This document shows positions 58,791 through 64,000 of a DNA stretch of 64,000 nucleotides, piece by piece. Position numbers and translations under genes: made by a program. Position 1 is the stretch's first letter. Every line of letters begins with the position of its first letter. The notes beneath the pieces were generated by a model. The model worked only from the letters and a program-made list of their open reading frames with translations, was not told where the DNA came from and made no database searches. Source of the stretch: Chitinivibrionales bacterium (GTDB lineage Bacteria; Fibrobacterota; Chitinivibrionia; Chitinivibrionales; WJKA01); the NCBI GenBank assembly GCA_038247415.1, contig JBBRUX010000015.1, forward strand, positions 11,929 through 75,928, read 5' to 3'.

Positions 58791-59684
58791 TCAATAGGCG
58801 GTGGTTTCGTGAATGAACCGAATCCATTGTGAGAAAAATTCGTTGCGATGCCCGCGCCAGCAATTGATTGGATTACCCAGATCGAGATTTGCTGGTTCGT
58901 CAACAGTTTTTAGGCCTCTTGCCATGTCGCGAGTATATTCTTCTACCAGACGAGATGGCTCGTATTCAGGGTGTCCAAGATGCATGAGGAATCGGTTATC
59001 CGATGATTCGAATATGGTATATCCAGTTTCTTGTGCGTGGGCAAGCAAATGGACATTTCCTTTGCGTTGCTCTTCTTCGAGAATAGTGTCGCTAATACCA
59101 GAGAATCTGCTCTGGGGGCACCAGAAGATATCGTCGAGCCCGCCGCTTATGGTATGATCTCGATCGAGATTATGTGTTTTGTAAACACCAAAGAGTTTGC
59201 GCGTAAAGTTTACTTTGTCGATATCCATAAATTTGGCAAGCGCAAGGCCCCCCCAGCAAATACCCAGAGTAGAAGGAATGTTATGCCGGGCATATTTAAG
59301 AATGCGCTTAATTTCTTCCCAGTAAAGAACATCTTCAAAAGGAATTTCTTCTACAGGTGCCCCGGTAAGAACGAGTCCATCCAGTCCGCCATGTTTGAGG
59401 GCATCCTCAAAGGTTACATAGAGATTTTGAATATGTTCTTGGTCGGAACTTTTATATTGATGCGTTTTAAGCTTAATCCAGATCGGCTCAATTTGCATAA
59501 TTGAGCGACCCAGTGGGTGGAGTAAGCTGAATTCGTAGGATTCGGCTTTGGGCATAATGTTAAGTATGCCAATTCTTAGGGCACGGATATCTTCTTTGAG
59601 TGCTTCGTCGGGCGGAACACAGATGATGCGATTCTGTTCGAGCGCTTGTTTGGCGTGATAATCTTTAGGTAAGATGATTGTCAT
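58791..59684 (-). CDS. metA: homoserine O-acyltransferase MetA (likely acetyl-specific)
   Basis: ILNIMP, TGAPVE, ICWG, PQSR, GHPEY. Confidence 0.93.
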   Translation of the reverse strand: MTIILPKDYHAKQALEQNRIICVPPDEALKEDIRALRIGILNIMPKAESYEFSLLHPLGRSIMQIEPIWIKLKTHQYKSSDQEHIQNLYVTFEDALKHGGLDGLVLTGAPVEEIPFEDVLYWEEIKRILKYARHNIPSTLGICWGGLALAKFMDIDKVNFTRKLFGVYKTHNLDRDHTISGGLDDIFWCPQSRFSGISDTILEEEQRKGNVHLLAHAQETGYTIFESSDNRFLMHLGHPEYEPSRLVEEYTRDMARGLKTVDEPANLDLGNPINCWRGHRNEFFSQWIRFIHETTAY

Positions 59685-59920
59685 GGTTTGGTTCTGGGCA
59701 CGCTACTTTCTGATGCTTTTCGGTGACTCGTTGAGTGCTCTCTTCAAAAGGACGCGAAAGGCCACTGCTCCATTGCATCTATTCTACAATAAAAATAATT
59801 AATCGTACAATGGCAAATTTTAAAACAATTCACTCGTGGCGAAACAAAATGTTTTGACTACTATTAAATCTTTATAGGCTATTACGAATTCGTGGATAGT
59901 AAAAATTGTTGCAGCCCCTT

Positions 59921-62251
59921 TTATTTTACAATCTGACGAATGTTGAATTTCGGTTTAACCGTTTTAAGCTTTGTCTCCGAGCTGTGTGTTGCGCTTTGCC
60001 ATTGGCGTATCTTATCGGATGATGATTGACTCGTGCGCTGCGCCTGCTGTGGTGGCATACGTAGCGAGGTGTCGGTTTTATGGTCGGGGGCTGCGGCCCT
60101 TGTTTCATTAATTCGTAGCGATAAGGCAACACGTTTAAGTTTTTCGTCGATGGTGAGCACGCGTACTTTAACTACCTGCCCAGCTTTGACAACCGTCGAT
60201 GGATCGGAAATAAATTTATCTGCAAGTTCCGAAATATGCGCCAAACCATCTTGATGAACGCCAATATCGATAAATGCACCAAAATTGGTAACATTTGTGA
60301 CAGTTCCTTCCAGAATCATTCCAGGCTTGAGATCGGAAACAGTTTGCACTGCGTCATTGAATTTTGCATACGAGAATGTTGCTCGAGGGTCGCGTCCTGG
60401 TTTCTCAAGTTCTGCAACAATATCTACTAAGGTAGGCAAACCAAGGGTGTCAGAAACAAAGTTTTTAAGGTCGAGGGTTGCAAGCATCGATTTGTTTCCA
60501 ATAAGAGAATCGACCGATGTCCCCAGGGCTGCTGCCATTGTTTCTACCACAGGATAGCGTTCCGGATGAACCGCCGAATTATCGAGTGGGGAGTGGGCAT
60601 CTGGAATTCTCAAAAACCCAGCAGCTTGTTCAAACGTTTTTGGTCCAAGGCCAGGAACCTTAAGCAATGCAGCGCGCTTTGTAAATGCACCATGCTCTTT
60701 TCGAAAGCGAACAATATTTTGAGCATTGGTTCTCGTAAGTCCCGATACATGGCGAAGCAGTTCCTCGGATGCCAAATTGATATTAACGCCAACATTGTTA
60801 ACGCAACTTTCGACTATTTCCTCAAGTGACGATTTTAACAGTGCCTGGTTTACATCGTGCTGATATTGTCCAACACCAATTGCTTTGGGATCTATCTTAA
60901 CGAGCTCAGAAAGTGGATCTTGCAAGCGCCGCGCAATAGAAATTGACCCGCGAACGGTAAGGTCAAAATCGGGAAATTCTCCAATTGCAACATCGCTAGC
61001 GCTATACACGCTTGCGCCCGCTTCGCTCACCACAACGCTAATGGGGCGCTCCTGAGCTGGCATGTCTGCTATACAGGCGCGAATAAACGAATCCGTCTCA
61101 CGGCTGGCGGTCCCGTTGCCTATGGCAATAAGTCGTATGCCATGTTTTGCAATCATTGAACGAATGGTTTTTTGCGAAGCCTCGAAATCGTTGCGGGGTT
61201 CGTGGGGAAAAATAGTTTCGTACTGTAAAAATGCCCCCAGGGCATCGAGTGCAACTACTTTACAACCAGAACGAAACCCAGGATCGACGCCCAGTACGGG
61301 TAATTGACCCGCAGGAGAAGCCATGAGCAGTTCTCGCAGATTTGATCCAAACACCTTAAACGCTTCGGTCTCGGCTTTGGAACGTATTTCCTTACGGATT
61401 TCTGTTTCTGTTGCTACAGAGAGAAGCCGCTCTATGCAGTCCTCGATGGTTGTTTTAAGCAGTGGCGCAGCCGCCGATTGCGGAAACGGTATAAAGCGTG
61501 AACCTAGATATGAAGCGGCCTTGTCACGTGGGAAAACAAGCTCAAGCCTGAGCACTTTTTCTTTTTCCCCCCGTAGCATTGCAAGCATCCGGTGCGAAGG
61601 GGTTGTAGCCACATTCTCTTTGTAATCGTAGTACATCTGGAATTTTGTCTGCTCTTGGGCAAATTCCTTTTTAACGGTTGTGCCAAAATGACCTTCATCG
61701 AGGGCAAGTCGGCGTAATTCTTTGCGTGCCTCTGCATCGTCGGCCATTTCTTCGGCAATAATATCGCATGCACCAGCCAGTGTTTTGTCGGCGGTGTCAT
61801 ATCCTGTGTCGATTACCATATAAGGAGTTGCAAGGGCTGCAAGATCGGTATGCGCATCTTCGAGAATTAAAAGCTGCCGCGCTAGTGGTTCAAGGCCCGC
61901 GTCTTTTGCCTTGGTTGCACGGGTAGTGCGTTTTGGTTTGTAGGGCAAATACAAATCTTCGAGTTCGGTTTTGCTTAAGGTTGCTGTTATTTTAGCACTC
62001 AGTTCAGGAGTTAGTTTTCCTTGTGTTTGAATGCTCTCCAGGATTGTAGCGCGCCGGTCTTCGAGTTCTTTGTAATAATCGTACTGATGTTGAAGATCGC
62101 GAAGCTGGATTTCGTCGAGGCTGCCAGTATGCTCTTTGCGATACCGCGCCACAAAGGGGATGGTTGCCCCTTCGTCAAAGAGAGCAAGGGTATTAGTAAT
62201 CTGGGTGGTAGAAAATCCAAAATCAATGCCAAGTTGTGCTTTAATATCCAT
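59921..62251 (-). CDS. tex: Tex family RNA-binding transcription accessory protein
   Basis: GATIPFVARYRKE, DPGFRSGCK, IGNGTASRET, IGVGQYQHDV, C-terminal S1 domain. Confidence 0.96.
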   Translation of the reverse strand: MDIKAQLGIDFGFSTTQITNTLALFDEGATIPFVARYRKEHTGSLDEIQLRDLQHQYDYYKELEDRRATILESIQTQGKLTPELSAKITATLSKTELEDLYLPYKPKRTTRATKAKDAGLEPLARQLLILEDAHTDLAALATPYMVIDTGYDTADKTLAGACDIIAEEMADDAEARKELRRLALDEGHFGTTVKKEFAQEQTKFQMYYDYKENVATTPSHRMLAMLRGEKEKVLRLELVFPRDKAASYLGSRFIPFPQSAAAPLLKTTIEDCIERLLSVATETEIRKEIRSKAETEAFKVFGSNLRELLMASPAGQLPVLGVDPGFRSGCKVVALDALGAFLQYETIFPHEPRNDFEASQKTIRSMIAKHGIRLIAIGNGTASRETDSFIRACIADMPAQERPISVVVSEAGASVYSASDVAIGEFPDFDLTVRGSISIARRLQDPLSELVKIDPKAIGVGQYQHDVNQALLKSSLEEIVESCVNNVGVNINLASEELLRHVSGLTRTNAQNIVRFRKEHGAFTKRAALLKVPGLGPKTFEQAAGFLRIPDAHSPLDNSAVHPERYPVVETMAAALGTSVDSLIGNKSMLATLDLKNFVSDTLGLPTLVDIVAELEKPGRDPRATFSYAKFNDAVQTVSDLKPGMILEGTVTNVTNFGAFIDIGVHQDGLAHISELADKFISDPSTVVKAGQVVKVRVLTIDEKLKRVALSLRINETRAAAPDHKTDTSLRMPPQQAQRTSQSSSDKIRQWQSATHSSETKLKTVKPKFNIRQIVK

Positions 62252-62590
62252 GGTAAAAACCTTATGCTAAAAAACGTAAAAGGTAATAAGTCTTGATCAA
62301 ATGCGAATGATCGATCGGGTAGAGGGATCGGTTGATATGATCAAAAAAATCGGATTACTACGTTGTGGTAAAAGTGTAAAGTCATTAAAAAAGCTCTTTT
62401 TTAGAAAATTGAAAATACACTACGCTCATTGAGCAAATGCATTTTTCTAAGGTTAGAGATACTTTTTGTGCAGTGGGCAGGTACTCAATTTCAAGCGCTC
62501 AATTTTGGTTGGCTCATTTTAATTCTATTTAAAGCGGGGCAATTGCAAAACGTTTAACCGTCATCATTTCCCTGCCTGCGGTCTCTCTTT

Positions 62591-62622
62591 AAAAAAGGCA
62601 CACTAGTATCAGTGTGCCTTTT
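62591..62622 (-). terminator. intrinsic terminator of the NmrA-like gene
   Basis: AAAAGGCACACT-AGTATC-AGTGTGCCTTTT with flanking A-run. Confidence 0.8.
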
Positions 62623-62666
62623 AGAAATCAAAGAAAGGTTTTTAAAAAAGCAGAATCGACACATAC

Positions 62667-63557
62667 TTATGGGGTAGCCAGATATGCAGGAACATAGGTA
62701 TCCTTAACAAATGCGTCAAATCGCGTTTCTCCGTTAGGAATAAGCGGATCCAGTGCAATGGGTCTTACAAATCCTTTGCAATGAGCTATAGAAAAATCTA
62801 GAAACATAGTTGCGTAGTGAGCCGAAGTCCCCGTATTGGTGAGGGATGTTATGCCATCGGTGCCTTGAAATTGAATTGAAGGCAACTTAGAAAGACCAAT
62901 GTTTTTGCGGATTGTGTCGGTAATTTCCTGGTGGCTTAATCGATCGCTAAATACTTCGGCAATGGTATGGCCTCTAAATTGCAAAGAGCTCAGCAATTCA
63001 ACAGCCTTATTTGCAACATCATGCGACGATGCCATAAAAAAAGGAACCTGTGGGTCTGAGGCTGTTCCGTAAATGCGATCATGTTTTATTTGATGCGTAG
63101 AGTGTAGGGTGTTTTCGTAAAAGTAACCGGTACGAAGGAAAACAACGTGTACATTTGCGATACGAGAAAATAATTTTTCAACGGCATGAAGAGCAGAAAT
63201 GTTATTGTTACCAAAAGGTCTCTCTGCACCAAAAGAAGAAAGAAAGACGAGCTTTTTAAGTCCCGACATTTTAATAGCAGTAATAAGTGCTTCTCCCGCA
63301 GCCTGGAAAGATGCAAGAATATTTTCTGATTCCCGAGGCGTTGGAATAAGCGCATATGCAGCATCCGAACCCATAAAAGCGGAAGCTAGAAATTTAGGAT
63401 CGTGCTGATTCCCAATAAGTGCCTCTGCCCCTCGTTCAACAAGCGAAGCAAGATTCGACGCGTTTCGACCCACAGCGCGAACGCTTACATTTTTATCTAA
63501 AAGCATATTTGCAATTTTAGAGCCTGTGTTTCCACTTGCCCCAAGTATTGTTATCAT
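62667..63557 (-). CDS. NmrA-like NAD(P)H-binding atypical SDR
   Basis: ITILGASGNTG Rossmann motif, VFLSS.GA, LRTGYFYEN; GGAGG RBS. Confidence 0.88.
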   Translation of the reverse strand: MITILGASGNTGSKIANMLLDKNVSVRAVGRNASNLASLVERGAEALIGNQHDPKFLASAFMGSDAAYALIPTPRESENILASFQAAGEALITAIKMSGLKKLVFLSSFGAERPFGNNNISALHAVEKLFSRIANVHVVFLRTGYFYENTLHSTHQIKHDRIYGTASDPQVPFFMASSHDVANKAVELLSSLQFRGHTIAEVFSDRLSHQEITDTIRKNIGLSKLPSIQFQGTDGITSLTNTGTSAHYATMFLDFSIAHCKGFVRPIALDPLIPNGETRFDAFVKDTYVPAYLATP

Positions 63558-63613
63558 AATTTCCTCCTTTTACACATTTTTCTCGCGAGCCCCTCTTTTA
63601 ATAAGGAATAAAA

Positions 63614-63630
63614 AGCAAGAGCAGTGCCAA
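63614..63630 (-). promoter_or_regulatory. sigma54 (RpoN) -24/-12 promoter
   Basis: minus strand TTGGCACTGCTCTTGCT = TGGCAC-N5-TTGC with exact GG-N10-GC spacing, about 57 nt upstream of the NmrA ATG. Confidence 0.75.
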
Positions 63631-63869
63631 GGATTTTTAGAAACAATATTTTAATGTTTAAGGGGGGCATTTAAAAAAAGGTTGTGTTGATTTTATTGGT
63701 AGTTATGACAATATATGATTGAATAAATAAAAAGGTGTATGCAAGTTATTGGCAAAATAATTGGTTATCAATAATGAGAATAGGTGAAACGTACGCCAAA
63801 TTGAGGATGGGGATTTTAAATTTGAGAAAATACTAACAATAAGAATAAGAAATAAGGGTATAAGAATCT

Positions 63870-64000
63870 GGGCACGCCGGCGCCAAGAGCGCCGTCGGGC
63901 CTTCTTCATGCTCTCGCTTCGCGAGCCGGTACGTTCGTCCTTGCGGCACTGCGCGCCTGAGTCCTCCCGCACTGCCGGTGGCACTCCGTTTACACCGGCA
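63870..64000. repeat. GC-rich multi-hairpin element, truncated at window edge
   Basis: abrupt AT-to-GC shift; hairpins GGCGC-CAAGA-GCGCC and imperfect GCTC(T)CGC-TTC-GCGAGC. Confidence 0.35.

Noticed and set aside
59685..59800. possible SAM/SAH riboswitch upstream of metA
   Set aside because: Could not find SAM-I core motifs or a convincing SAH fold by eye; an Rfam scan would settle it
63703..63984. 93-aa minus-strand ORF
   Set aside because: Spans the GC-rich hairpin element and the AT-rich spacer; no recognisable family or RBS
1..64000. CRISPR array, transposase, integrase, prophage or defence island
   Set aside because: No spaced direct repeats or recognisable mobile/defence motifs seen; tRNA-Gln has no adjacent integrase

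Overview
A 64-kb gene-dense window from a diderm, probably anaerobic bacterium. The C25 protease with a FlgD/T9SS-type tail, SpoVG, SLH/TPR lipoproteins and PlsA/PlsR-like genes suggest the FCB group, e.g. Fibrobacterota/Chitinivibrionia (inference). Housekeeping genes include uvrA, argF, spoVG, tRNA-Gln, rplY-pth-rpsF-rpsR-rplI, dapA/dapB, gmk, metA, cysE, a cysteine desulfurase and tex. Four accessory modules stand out. (1) An AT-richer, terminator-bounded 7-gene envelope operon (15470-27516) encodes a 1147-aa exported protein with acidic Ca-binding-like repeats, a DUF5683-like protein, an Fn3-like lipoprotein, a 1283-aa membrane-anchored TPR protein and an ExbB + ExbD + ExbD motor with no TonB/TolA. 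One ExbD carries a CxxC...CxxC insertion. This is the best candidate for an undescribed proton-motive-force (PMF)-driven envelope machine. (2) A kinase-less signalling cassette (KaiC-like ATPase, two small membrane proteins, two stand-alone receivers) lies between argF and uvrA. (3) A PlsA/PlsR (Ger)-like ether-lipid pair. (4) A PorU-like C25 protease next to a divergent orphan MraY. A Ser/Thr kinase with an FHA-ABC exporter, an S6:S18-like leader RNA and a consensus sigma54 promoter are also present. No CRISPR array, transposase or prophage was seen. All family calls come from reading motifs by eye; no database searches were run.
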